Positions 1-8,867 of a stretch of DNA of 64,000 nt are shown in pieces. Source of the DNA: a bacterium (lineage in GTDB: Bacteria; Electryoneota; Electryoneia; Electryoneales; Electryoneaceae); the NCBI GenBank assembly GCA_963675295.2, contig CAXXKJ010000002.1, positions 4,032,001 through 4,096,000 of the forward strand, given 5' to 3'. The notes under the pieces are model-generated. The model was not told the origin of the DNA and made no database searches. It saw only the letters and a list, made by a program, of their open reading frames with translations. Position numbers and translations under genes: made by a program. Each line of letters begins with the position of its first letter. The stretch's first letter is position 1.

Positions 1-147
1 CACCCATTCCTGGTTCAACAAGTCGTTCGGCACCTTGCTGCCGATGCGCTGCGCCTTGCCTTCCGGATTGACCATCGCTGATTCGACGATGATATCGGGC
101 AGCTTCAACTGTTGTTTGGTTCCGCTTTTCGCCATGGTCTGATTCAT
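1..147 (-). CDS. 5' end of a gene running off the left edge (MNQTMAKSGTKQQLKLPDIIVESAMVNPEGKAQRIGSKVPNDLLNQEWV...), product unknown
   Basis: Open frame on the minus strand from ATG at 147, with GGAGG upstream and an AT-rich promoter-like stretch at about 165-260. Too short to assign. Confidence 0.55.
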   Translation of the reverse strand, partial: MNQTMAKSGTKQQLKLPDIIVESAMVNPEGKAQRIGSKVPNDLLNQEWV

Positions 148-361
148 CCAGTCCTCCATGCTATTGGTAACAAATACCCCCCGGATGAATGCTTCGACAT
201 CAGAAGTATAGCACGCGAAATTATGATATGCAATAGCTTATTAGAATTATTTTAATAAAAGTTCGGAGCCTCCGTCTAAGTCTTGTTTTAGACCGGAAAA
301 TCCGTCCAGGGAGTACCTCCGTGCTCTCCGGGAAGTGGGGTGTTTCGGGACAGGTTGCACG

Positions 362-393
362 AAAAAACCGCCCAGCTTCGAGGCGGGGCGGTT
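362..393 (-). terminator. Intrinsic terminator after the phosphate acyltransferase pair
   Basis: AACCGCCC...GGGCGGTT stem; the adjacent A-run gives a U-tract on the minus strand. Confidence 0.65.
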
Positions 394-420
394 CAGTGAA
401 TTTCGAGAATGCAACCTGAT

Positions 421-1314
421 TTACACCAGCAGCTCGGCGAACTGAACGGCCAGCACCTGCGTATCAATCGGCTGCCCGCGTTGCGCGACCGCGACCTGAA
501 TTTGCCCGCCGGTAAGCACGGTTACCGCGCATTCGCCGCAGCCATGCTGGAACGCGTGCAATACGCCCCTGGAAACGGTCAATGCCGGCCCGACCAGCAC
601 ATCTGCCTTGCCGGGTACTTCACCGGTAGCTTTCTTCTTCTCCACCGCTGACTTGCTGACCGCGAGGTCCATCGAGAGTGGGCCGTGCACGTGGCAATCG
701 TCCCGTCCGGAGAAGCGTTCCGCGACTGCCTGTTCGAGCATCGTCGCCGGCAGGCCGGGATTAGCGACCTCAACCGCGGCGAGCAGGGCGACACGAGGTG
801 TGTCGATTCCCAGCTTGCGTGCGGTGTTGATCGCCTGCTCGGTGACCGCGGCGAGTCCGTCCTCATCGGGACGATCCGCGACCAACGTGTCGGCGAGCAG
901 GGTGATGCGGTCGAGTTTTTCTGTGTGCAGCAGGCTGATACCGGTCAGGGTGCGGTTGCCGAACGCCGGGGTCATGCGTGCGACGGCGGACGGTTCCGGC
1001 CTTCGTGGATCGGCGAGCAGTAGGCCGAGGTCGAACCCGCCGCTGGTCAGCAGGTTGCCGAGGGCACGGTCAATCTCGCCGGGCAGATAAGCCGGATGCA
1101 GCGTGGCATGCTGATCCAGCGCGTTGATGGTTTCGTCTGGCCCAACGATGTGCAGCTCATAGCGTTCGGTTTCCCGCAGCCGATCGACAAGCGCTTTGAG
1201 GTCACCGACCGGCGTGTCGAGAGTAGCCGCGATGGCGAGCCGTTTCGGCCGGGCAGGTGTTCCCCGGCGATTCAGCAGAGCGGAAAGCGTGTTCCGCAAG
1301 CGGTCGCTGGTCAT
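421..1314 (-). CDS. Phosphate acetyl/butyryltransferase family protein (divergent paralog)
   Basis: PRVALLAAVE.ANP, GPLSMDLAVS..A..KK and VPGKADVLV motifs of the PTA/PTB family. The N-terminal half and the SRxD motif are degenerate. Overlaps the upstream gene by 4 bp. Confidence 0.8.
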   Translation of the reverse strand: MTSDRLRNTLSALLNRRGTPARPKRLAIAATLDTPVGDLKALVDRLRETERYELHIVGPDETINALDQHATLHPAYLPGEIDRALGNLLTSGGFDLGLLLADPRRPEPSAVARMTPAFGNRTLTGISLLHTEKLDRITLLADTLVADRPDEDGLAAVTEQAINTARKLGIDTPRVALLAAVEVANPGLPATMLEQAVAERFSGRDDCHVHGPLSMDLAVSKSAVEKKKATGEVPGKADVLVGPALTVSRGVLHAFQHGCGECAVTVLTGGQIQVAVAQRGQPIDTQVLAVQFAELLV

Positions 1315-2315
1315 GCGCGTTCCTCCCCGGTTTCGAGTTCCACGGCAGGTAGCGCGGGATAGCCGCGCCGTTGGGAGTCCGCGAGGCAGACGGCCAGCGC
1401 GATGGAAGCCATTTTGTTCATCATCGTGTCGCTGCGGGACACCAGGCTGATCGGCACCTTTGCGCCGGCGATGACGCCCATGAAAATCGCGCCGCCGAAC
1501 TGGATCAGGGTTTTCGCGATCACGTTGCCCTGCTCGAGGGTGTGCACGATCAGGATGTCGGCGTCGCCCGCGACCGGATCGTCCACACGCGCTTTGAGAT
1601 CCTCCGCGCGCCGCAGTGCCAGGTCCAGCGGCAACGGTCCGGAGATCTCGAGATCGTTGGACCAGTTTTCCTGCGCGATCTCGACCAGATCGCGTGCGTC
1701 TACGGATTCCGGGTAGACATCGCTGACCATTTCGCCCGCGCCGAGCACGGCGACCTTCGGCTTCGCCACTCCAACGCTGCGCAACACCTGTGCGGCGTTC
1801 TGAATCACCACCAGCTTCTGCTCGAGGGTTGGGACCGGAATCGTGCCGCCATCCGTAATGTTGATCAGCTTGCCGTATTTCGGCACGTACAGCAGCGCGC
1901 TGTGGCTGACCAGCTCCTGGTCACGCAGGCCGTAATCGTGCTTCAGCAGTGTTTTCAGCAACGTGGACGTTTTCAGGTAGCCCTTCATCACCACGTCTGC
2001 CTTGCCCTCACCGGCCATGGTCGCGGCTTTCAACGCGGATTCTTCGTCGGATTCGGTCGCGATGATCTCGAAGGCATCGGCGGGGACATTCGCAGTCGCG
2101 AGCGCGGCGCGGATGTTGTCCGGATTGCCAACGAGGGTCGCGTCGGAGATACCAGACTGCTTGCACGCGTACATCGCGGCGAGGACATCGTCCTCCTCGG
2201 CGGCGGCAACGACGACGCGCGAAAGGCCACGATGGCGTCCGATTTCCTTCGCGCGTTCGATGACTTGTTCGTGCGTTTGCAGGGGATGATCGAGGAACTC
2301 GAGTTCCGCAGGCAT
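1311..2315 (-). CDS. ptb: Phosphate butyryltransferase
   Basis: VVVAAAEE, ADVVMKGYLKTSTLLK, TDGG, GPLPLDLA, GDADILIV..LEQGN and GAKVPISLVSRSD motifs. Confidence 0.85.
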   Translation of the reverse strand: MPAELEFLDHPLQTHEQVIERAKEIGRHRGLSRVVVAAAEEDDVLAAMYACKQSGISDATLVGNPDNIRAALATANVPADAFEIIATESDEESALKAATMAGEGKADVVMKGYLKTSTLLKTLLKHDYGLRDQELVSHSALLYVPKYGKLINITDGGTIPVPTLEQKLVVIQNAAQVLRSVGVAKPKVAVLGAGEMVSDVYPESVDARDLVEIAQENWSNDLEISGPLPLDLALRRAEDLKARVDDPVAGDADILIVHTLEQGNVIAKTLIQFGGAIFMGVIAGAKVPISLVSRSDTMMNKMASIALAVCLADSQRRGYPALPAVELETGEERA

Positions 2316-2576
2316 AATGCGATCTCCGTCTTGATATCGGTCGAAGCCAGCAGGATGAGCGGTAAGATACTCGGCGGAAGATGGGTGCTTGTGAAGCAGG
2401 GCGCAAGAGCTCCAGGGTGTGGCGGGATGGCCGTCGAACCAGCAGTCGGACCGGGCTGCAGGGCACAGGTGGCAGGGGGTTCCGTAGAGTTCACCTTTTT
2501 GGTGGCGTCGCTAGCTTGGCTTGCTCCGCGCGGATCGTGTGTGTATGATGAGACGACCAATCATTTGGAGGATCTG

Positions 2577-2921
2577 ATGCGGAAGCTGGCTGTCATTCTC
2601 CTGCCCCTCTTGCTGCTGTCCTGCGCCGTCGGCGAGTCCGGTCCCTGGAACGAACGCGACAATTCGAAGCAGGCGTACGAGGAGTCGCAGCAATTCGTAC
2701 TCGACCAGCTGATCGATTCGGAGAGCGCGGTATTCCCGTCCATGCGCTGGAATGACAAGGTGCTGGTCAACCGGGACGGTGAGTCGCAACGGTATGTCGT
2801 TGAGGCGTACGTCGAAACCACAGACGCATTCGGCGAGAAGCTGCACCTGGAATATGTGGTGGACCTGGAACAGGTGCGCAAAGGCGAGTGGGTTCTGCTC
2901 GACATCCGGATCGACGACTAG
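2577..2921 (+). CDS. Small lipoprotein of unknown function
   Basis: GGAGG RBS before ATG 2577 and lipobox signal MRKLAVILLPLLLLS-C. This is the real 3' part of the 1371..2921 ORF. Confidence 0.75.
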   Translation: MRKLAVILLPLLLLSCAVGESGPWNERDNSKQAYEESQQFVLDQLIDSESAVFPSMRWNDKVLVNRDGESQRYVVEAYVETTDAFGEKLHLEYVVDLEQVRKGEWVLLDIRIDD

Positions 2922-2934
2922 CCGGAACGTATTT

Positions 2935-3060
2935 TCTTCGCTCCGGTACGACCCTGACTCTAACGTGCCCCTGCGGGCTCCGCCAGCAGGGGTTATCCGT
3001 CTTCGGGATAGCCGCGGTAGCGAATAGAAGCTCACGCGGGCATCCTGTGCCGTCTTCGCT
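2935..3060 (+). other. Candidate structured RNA or miniature inserted element
   Basis: Nested stems form a four-way junction, and TCTTCGCT direct repeats lie at 2935-2942 and 3053-3060 (see findings). Confidence 0.4.
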
Positions 3061-3135
3061 TTCCTTATAGACTCTTTCTCCAGCATGTAGTAGATCACCG
3101 TCCTGCAATAGGTTTCCCCATTCGGATCCACGAAA

Positions 3136-3167
3136 AACAGGGACACTTTCTGAAAAGTGCCCCTGTT
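3136..3167. repeat. GGGACAC-type palindrome, copy 1 (probably also terminates the carboxypeptidase gene)
   Basis: AACAGGGACACTTT-CTGA-AAAGTGCCCCTGTT, related to the copies at 13235, 21393 and 47144. Confidence 0.65.
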
Positions 3168-3173
3168 GGGAAT

Positions 3174-3239
3174 CTCACATCTCAAGTCTCAGGTCTGAAG
3201 GTTTTTCCCTCAGGACTCAAGTTTCACGGCTCAAGACTG
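3174..3239. repeat. Degenerate heptamer tandem repeat (CTCAAGT/CTCAGGT-like)
   Basis: ctcacat ctcaagt ctcaggt ctgaagg ... ctcagga ctcaagt ttcacgg ctcaaga. Confidence 0.7.
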
Positions 3240-3243
3240 TCGG

Positions 3244-5928
3244 TTACTTCATCAACACGACCTTCTGCATCTCACTCAGGCCGTTGTAGTTGACGCGCAG
3301 CAGGTAGACGCCGCTGGCGAGCGCGCTGCCGTCCACGGTAACCTGATGCGTGCCGGCGTTGAACACGTTCGCCTGTTCATAGACTGTCTGGCCGAGCGTG
3401 TTGTACACCGCGATGCTGACTTCACCGGCCGCCGGGAGGGCGAACGGGACAGTCACGGTCGGGTTGAACGGGTTCGGGTACGCGGTCATGACGTCAAATT
3501 CGGTCGGCAGTTCTGCCGCCGTTTCGTCCGCCGTGAACGATTCCGGCCAACCGGTTTCTCCCCAGTCAGCGATCTCGTTACCGTTGTCAGCGGGGTCCGT
3601 GTTGATGCCCTTGGTAAAGCCGAAGCTGTCCGAAACGTCGATGTTCGGATACGCGCCGACATGTCCGTACAACGTGTAGCTACCGTTCGGCGCGATGGTC
3701 GGAACCGAAACCGCGAGCATCGGAACGTCGATGTCGGCGTTCGCCGGGATGTTGATGTTGTACATCGAGATCGGACCGTACATGTTGCCATTCGGCAACT
3801 GGGCCATGGTCCAGTAGTTGTAGTTCGGATACGGGGTGCCGACATACGTGTTCAGGCTCGCCGAATACGTGATGTAGCCGCCGTTGTAGCCAACATGCGT
3901 GTTGATGCCGGTCAGGTTCAGAACCATGTCGACGCCGTCCGGGGTGACCAGGACTTCGTCCGCATCCGCCCAGCGGCTGGTCTGATCCTGAGCGTCGGTG
4001 GCGTTCGCGGTGTAGTAGGCCGTGAACGGTTCAGTCACCGGGCTGAGGTTCAGATCAAATTCCGGGTTCGGCAGGTCGGTCGCGAGCACGGTCATCGACT
4101 CAAAACCGTTCACCGGGGTGATTTCGTCGAAGTAGATACCTTCCTCGATCACGCCACCGTCGGTGATGTACGTAAGCTGAATCCAGACATTCTGTCCGGC
4201 GTACGCACCAAGTGGGAAAACGCCTTCGACCCAACCGTTGGAGTCGCCGGTGATTCCGTTGCCCATGTTCGTGCCATTCGGGTTGTAATCGGTGGTGATG
4301 TTACCCGGGATGGTTTCGAAGTTCTGGCCGTCGGTCGAGACCATGACATAGGCATAGTCCCAGTTGTTCTCGATTTCGTACCAGGCCTGGAAGGTCAGCG
4401 TGGTATTCGCTTCGACCGGGATCGAGAACTGGGCGGTCAGGTTGTGGTTGATGTTGTTCCCATTTTCGGAATAGTAGGAATAGTTGCCGGCGTACTCACG
4501 AATCGTGGACCGCAGGAAGCCATCGCGCTCGAAGACGATCGAGTTGGCCAATTCGGCACCATCCGTGGTCATCGGACCTTCGAGTTCTGCAAAGTCGTAG
4601 TACAGCGCGTCGTTGCCGTTCGGGTCGTCATGCGTCCACGTAGCCGTGAAGATCGGTCCGACTTCTTCCGGAATCGTCATCTCCGGTGCCACCGGGGCAC
4701 CGAGCATGTACGGGTTTTCCGCGACTTCGACGAACTTCATCAGCGGTTCGATCTGCGCGTTGGCAAGCGTCACGCCGGTGTTGTAGCTCGGCCAGAAGCC
4801 GCCCTGGCTCCAGCTGCCAATTTCAAACGTGAACGACCACATGTGGTAGTCCGCGCTGCTCGGTTCGCTCGGGTCGCCGCCTTCCTGCCAGTCTTCCGCG
4901 CCACCGTTGGTCGGGTAAATGATTTCCGGACCGCCGACTTCCCAGCCGAGGGTCTGGTTCATATACTCGCCGTACGCCAGGTAAATGTCATAGTTCGGCG
5001 GACGTTCGTAGGTGTAACCCCACGGCAGGATGATCAGGTTGCTGTACGTATGGTAGTTCAGCACCGCCGCGAATTCGCGGGCGTTGGTGAAGTCCATGAC
5101 AACCTGCGTCTCCGGTTCACTGCCCGGGGACGGTCCACGGTAGGTTTCGCTGTACTGGTTGGGGGACGAACCACTGTTGTCGTAGCCCCACATGTACGGA
5201 TAGTTACGGTTGAGGTCGACACCGTCCGGCGGGCTCATGTTCTTGCGCCACATGCCGCCACCGTTCGGATCTGTCTGCTCATTGTGGACGTAGCCGTCCA
5301 CGTTGTACATCGGCATGAGCCAGATTTCACGGTTGTCAACGAGGTCGGTGACACGGTTGTTGGTGCCGTAATTGTCGATCAGATATTCGGAGTAGGTGAC
5401 CACGGTCAGCGGGGTGACAACCTCGCGGGCATGGATCAACGCATTGATGAACACTTCCGTCTCATCTTCATCTACCGACGGATTGTCCGAAATCTTGAAG
5501 ACCTTGATCGGACGGCCTTCGTACGAATAGCCGATGGTGACCGGTCCATAGACGAGGGTCGGGTTGTCGGCACAGAAATCGTCCAGCCAGGCATAGACCT
5601 CGCTGTACGTCATGTACCCACCCATGTCGTCGATCTGGTTATCCAGATTTGCCCGGTTGCGCGCTTCCATATCTTCAACAAAAACGCGATAGGTATAATC
5701 GCTCAGCCGGTCCATGTCTTCCGGCCAACCCATGATGTACAACGGGCTGATATCGTTTCCGGACCCTTCCGGACCTCCGATGATATCAAAACCGCCAGTT
5801 TGCAATTCGATCCACGTTGCCTTGTCCGGAACATCCACCTCAAGCAGCGGAGTCGCGGCGGCCAGTCCGGCCACGCCCACTGTCAAGATCAGAGCCAGCA
5901 AAAGCACCCACACACGCTTGCCGTTCAT
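3244..5928 (-). CDS. Secreted M14 zinc carboxypeptidase (carboxypeptidase T-like) with an immune-inhibitor-A/MAM-like domain and T9SS-type C-terminal sorting domain
   Basis: Signal peptide; HARE (HxxE), WRKN, DLNRNY, SEPE, YHTYS and FEIG motifs; WYEIENNWDY..V.VSTDG domain; YPNPFNP...ASGVY...KVVLMK tail. Confidence 0.92.
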   Translation of the reverse strand: MNGKRVWVLLLALILTVGVAGLAAATPLLEVDVPDKATWIELQTGGFDIIGGPEGSGNDISPLYIMGWPEDMDRLSDYTYRVFVEDMEARNRANLDNQIDDMGGYMTYSEVYAWLDDFCADNPTLVYGPVTIGYSYEGRPIKVFKISDNPSVDEDETEVFINALIHAREVVTPLTVVTYSEYLIDNYGTNNRVTDLVDNREIWLMPMYNVDGYVHNEQTDPNGGGMWRKNMSPPDGVDLNRNYPYMWGYDNSGSSPNQYSETYRGPSPGSEPETQVVMDFTNAREFAAVLNYHTYSNLIILPWGYTYERPPNYDIYLAYGEYMNQTLGWEVGGPEIIYPTNGGAEDWQEGGDPSEPSSADYHMWSFTFEIGSWSQGGFWPSYNTGVTLANAQIEPLMKFVEVAENPYMLGAPVAPEMTIPEEVGPIFTATWTHDDPNGNDALYYDFAELEGPMTTDGAELANSIVFERDGFLRSTIREYAGNYSYYSENGNNINHNLTAQFSIPVEANTTLTFQAWYEIENNWDYAYVMVSTDGQNFETIPGNITTDYNPNGTNMGNGITGDSNGWVEGVFPLGAYAGQNVWIQLTYITDGGVIEEGIYFDEITPVNGFESMTVLATDLPNPEFDLNLSPVTEPFTAYYTANATDAQDQTSRWADADEVLVTPDGVDMVLNLTGINTHVGYNGGYITYSASLNTYVGTPYPNYNYWTMAQLPNGNMYGPISMYNINIPANADIDVPMLAVSVPTIAPNGSYTLYGHVGAYPNIDVSDSFGFTKGINTDPADNGNEIADWGETGWPESFTADETAAELPTEFDVMTAYPNPFNPTVTVPFALPAAGEVSIAVYNTLGQTVYEQANVFNAGTHQVTVDGSALASGVYLLRVNYNGLSEMQKVVLMK

Positions 5929-6198
5929 CGTGACTTCCTCTCTGGTTGGTGTCTATACCTACAGATTTGACAAGGTAAGCACAGACCCTCGCCGTCTCCA
6001 ATCAATTGGAAAAACATTGAAGACTGATAGACAGGGTTTGGTGAGCCTAACCGTCTCTCCCGAGAGTGGATTTCGAAGCGCTCGTAATAATTATATTTAT
6101 GTAATTGATTCTACAAGCTCCGAGAGTAAGGGGACGTATTTGGGATTTCAGGAGTGTATATCTGATACTAGGATATAAGAGATATAAGAATACAAACC

Positions 6199-6408
6199 AT
6201 GAACCAGGCAAGGGTTCCTGTAAGTCCCGATGGCAACATGCGTTGCCCGAAATGTGGTGCGGTTTTCACCTGTGGCATTGCTGCCGGCGAGGACCGCTGT
6301 TGGTGTATGGAACTCCCGTATCTGGCGGGAGAGACGACCGAGGATGGAGCCTGTCTCTGTCCTGAATGTTTGCAACGTGCTCTGGAACACACGAGGAAGC
6401 CGACATAG
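6199..6408 (+). CDS. Cysteine-rich CWC family protein
   Basis: CPKCGAVFTCG...CWCMELP...CLCPECL pattern. Confidence 0.85.
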   Translation: MNQARVPVSPDGNMRCPKCGAVFTCGIAAGEDRCWCMELPYLAGETTEDGACLCPECLQRALEHTRKPT

Positions 6409-6470
6409 TTCGTATTTCCTCAACAAGAATGGTTTTCGCCGAGTCGGGAGGGAGTACAAGGGGTGTACGA

Positions 6471-8486
6471 ATGAGAGATCGAGATTCATCAGCTGGTGAA
6501 CCTTACCGCGACCACGGCCCGGACTTCCGGGATAATTCTCGTGGTGATGGTTCCAGTTCGTCCCGGAATCAGCGGAACGGCACGACGTTGCACCTCGAAG
6601 TCCCCGGCTTCGAGACGATGCGTCTGGTATCGCCGGTATCCAGTGTGCCGGAGGTGCGTCCTGTGCCTGCGTCACCCGCGCCGCCGTCCACCGGCACTAT
6701 TCTCCCCTTGATTACTCGCCCGAGTTATGATCATCTCCGCCGAACCATCTCGAAGAGGTCTGCCGTGGAGAAACGACCCAACCCTCTGCTGGAGACATTG
6801 TCCGCGCGTGGTCGAAAGGCTTTTTATCGCGTCAAGGCGGACTTTGCGTTCTCCGTCGGCACAACGCTTGAGCTCGACGCTCTCGACCGTGCCGGCATGT
6901 ACTTCATTGACAAGGGCAAGGTGGAGGTGGAACACACCTACCCGGAGCGTGATCCGCGCCAGGTCACCACACGTGCCTCCGGCCAGTATTTCGGGGAGTA
7001 TTCGGTGCTGGACGGAACGCGCAAAATGACAGTCCGTGTGCTCGAGGATACGTCTGGGGTGTGGATTCCGGCGAACCGCTTTGGTTCGTTGGCGGAAGCG
7101 GAACCATCCTTTGTCCTCAACCTGACCCGGATGGTCCTGCAGCAGCAGGCGGAGTATGACGAGAAGCAAATCGCGGAAATGCGCAAGGCGCGTGAAGAAT
7201 CCGAACGGAAAATCGAACGGTTGGAAGCGGTTGCGACGACCAGTGAAGCTCTGAACACGGCGTTGAATCTTGACCGTCTTCTCGAGGTGATCCTGCAGGC
7301 GTCCCGGGTGCTGACCAGCGCCGAATGCGGTACGATCTATCTCATCGATCAGGAAAACGATGAGCTGTACAGCTACATGAACGAGAAGGGGCATTGCCTC
7401 CGCATCAACATGCCATTGGGCAAGGGAATCGCGGGGACGGTGGCTCAGCGTGGCGTGCCGATCAACATCGAGGACGCGTACAAGGATCCGCGGTTCAACC
7501 CGGAAGTCGACCAGGAAACCGGGTATCGTTCACGCAGTGTGTTGACGATGCCGATCATGAATCCGACCGGCGAAGTGCTCGGTGTGCTGCAGTTGTTGAA
7601 CAAGGCCAACGAAGAAGCGTTCACGCAGGATGATGAGCAGTTGCTGGCGACATTTGGCGGGCACGCCGCGATCGCCCTCGAACGCACCCGTACCGCCGAA
7701 GCGATGATGCGGAACAACTCGTTGATCGCGGTGGGTAACCTGGCGGCGTCGATTGTGCACGACCTGAAGTCACCGTTGACGGTGATCCAGGGATATGTCG
7801 ACCTGCTCAGTTTCACCGCTGGATCGGACGAACAGCGTTCTCACATTGAACACATTTCGCAGCAGCTGAACCGTATGGTCGGGATGACGCAGGAAGTGCT
7901 CGATTTCGCACGTGGCCAGGTTCGTTTGAACCCGGTGAAGACACGGGTGAACGACTATGTCGCCGAGATCTGCGAGTCGTTTGAGAATGAAATGGATCGC
8001 AACGGCGTCGAGATGAACCTCACGTGTGAGGGTGATCCTGAGTGGACGATCCTGATGGACCGTGACCGTCTCACCCGTGTTTTCCACAACCTGATCACGA
8101 ATGCGCGGGAAGCGATGCCGGGCGGCGGTATGCTGGAAATCATTTCGCGTCAACGAGAGGATGAGTGGGAATTGATCGTCAAGGACACCGGGGTCGGGAT
8201 CTCTCCGAGCCGGTTGGAGACGATATTTGAGCCGTTCTCGACGCACGGCAAGAAGAACGGAACGGGCCTGGGGCTTTCAATTGCGAAGTCGGTGATCGAA
8301 GAACACGGTGGTGAAATTGAAGTCAGCAGCGTCGTCGGCAAGGGAACGACGTTTGAAGTTCATCTTCCCCATCGTCCGAAAATGGCGTCCAAAGCCAAGT
8401 TTACGGTGAAAGACATCGATCAGTTCGAGGAGCTGAAGCAGATTGCCGGCGAAGGTACTGAAAACTCTGAACCGTCCTTGAATTGA
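6471..8486 (+). CDS. Cytoplasmic sensor histidine kinase (cNMP-binding + GAF + HisKA + HATPase); start uncertain
   Basis: G.YFGEYSVLDG..R cNMP-like domain; GAF (GIAG.VA, NIEDAYKDPRFN..VD..TGY); H-box SIVHDLKSPL; N-box NLITNAREA; DTGVG and GTGLGL boxes. Confidence 0.9.
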   Translation: MRDRDSSAGEPYRDHGPDFRDNSRGDGSSSSRNQRNGTTLHLEVPGFETMRLVSPVSSVPEVRPVPASPAPPSTGTILPLITRPSYDHLRRTISKRSAVEKRPNPLLETLSARGRKAFYRVKADFAFSVGTTLELDALDRAGMYFIDKGKVEVEHTYPERDPRQVTTRASGQYFGEYSVLDGTRKMTVRVLEDTSGVWIPANRFGSLAEAEPSFVLNLTRMVLQQQAEYDEKQIAEMRKAREESERKIERLEAVATTSEALNTALNLDRLLEVILQASRVLTSAECGTIYLIDQENDELYSYMNEKGHCLRINMPLGKGIAGTVAQRGVPINIEDAYKDPRFNPEVDQETGYRSRSVLTMPIMNPTGEVLGVLQLLNKANEEAFTQDDEQLLATFGGHAAIALERTRTAEAMMRNNSLIAVGNLAASIVHDLKSPLTVIQGYVDLLSFTAGSDEQRSHIEHISQQLNRMVGMTQEVLDFARGQVRLNPVKTRVNDYVAEICESFENEMDRNGVEMNLTCEGDPEWTILMDRDRLTRVFHNLITNAREAMPGGGMLEIISRQREDEWELIVKDTGVGISPSRLETIFEPFSTHGKKNGTGLGLSIAKSVIEEHGGEIEVSSVVGKGTTFEVHLPHRPKMASKAKFTVKDIDQFEELKQIAGEGTENSEPSLN

Positions 8487-8571
8487 GGGTTTCGGAGGCT
8501 GAGTCTCGGACGATGAGAGAGCTCATTGCTCCGGAGACAGGAGCCAAATAACGAAGTTTTCGTGCAAAACC

Positions 8572-8600
8572 GTGCAAAGCGGTGTTTGACCTGTTATGTT
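8572..8600 (+). promoter_or_regulatory. Putative sigma70 promoter (GTGCAA-17 bp-TATGTT with extended -10 TG)
   Basis: Spacing and TGnTATGTT motif upstream of the mutAB leader. Inference only. Confidence 0.35.
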
Positions 8601-8659
8601 AAATGCGTGGCCACAGTGTTGGACCAAGCACATGGCCATCAGCCTGAGCATGTGCGAGT

Positions 8660-8690
8660 GAGGCGGTACGACAACGTACCGCCTTGTTTG
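8660..8690 (+). terminator. Strong hairpin with short U-tract in the mutA leader
   Basis: AGGCGGTACG-ACAA-CGTACCGCCT followed by TGTTT. Confidence 0.5.
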
Positions 8691-8867
8691 CTCTGGTAAT
8701 TACCTCCTCCCTCGCGGTTCCGAATCGCAACTCCGAGTGACCTCCGGGCTCGTTTCTACCGGGCTATATTTGCGGAAACCTTTTGACACAAGAATCGCGC
8801 GGGGGACAGCTTCCTTCGCGCGTCTGCTTGTGCGGACCATGAGCGCATGAACGCGGGAGTAGTCACG

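Noticed and set aside
1371-2576. N-terminal 400 aa of the 516-aa + ORF
   Set aside because: Antisense to ptb. Only the part from ATG 2577 has an RBS and a lipoprotein signal.
3346-5970. Very long antisense ORFs (also 25812..28172+, 29138..30448+, 38773..40167-, 40742..42709-, 53603..55252+, 57344..58708-)
   Set aside because: They mirror well-supported genes on the opposite strand, have V/R/D-rich nonsense composition and no motifs. This is the expected shadow of strong codon bias in GC-rich DNA.
8577-8604. Exact XerD-arm sequence TTATGTTAAAT suggesting a dif site
   Set aside because: The left arm (AAGCGGTGTTT) does not resemble a XerC arm. The sequence is better explained as an extended -10 promoter element.
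8487-8867. Cobalamin riboswitch ahead of mutAB
   Set aside because: No B12-box or GGGAA...GCCACTG-type core found.
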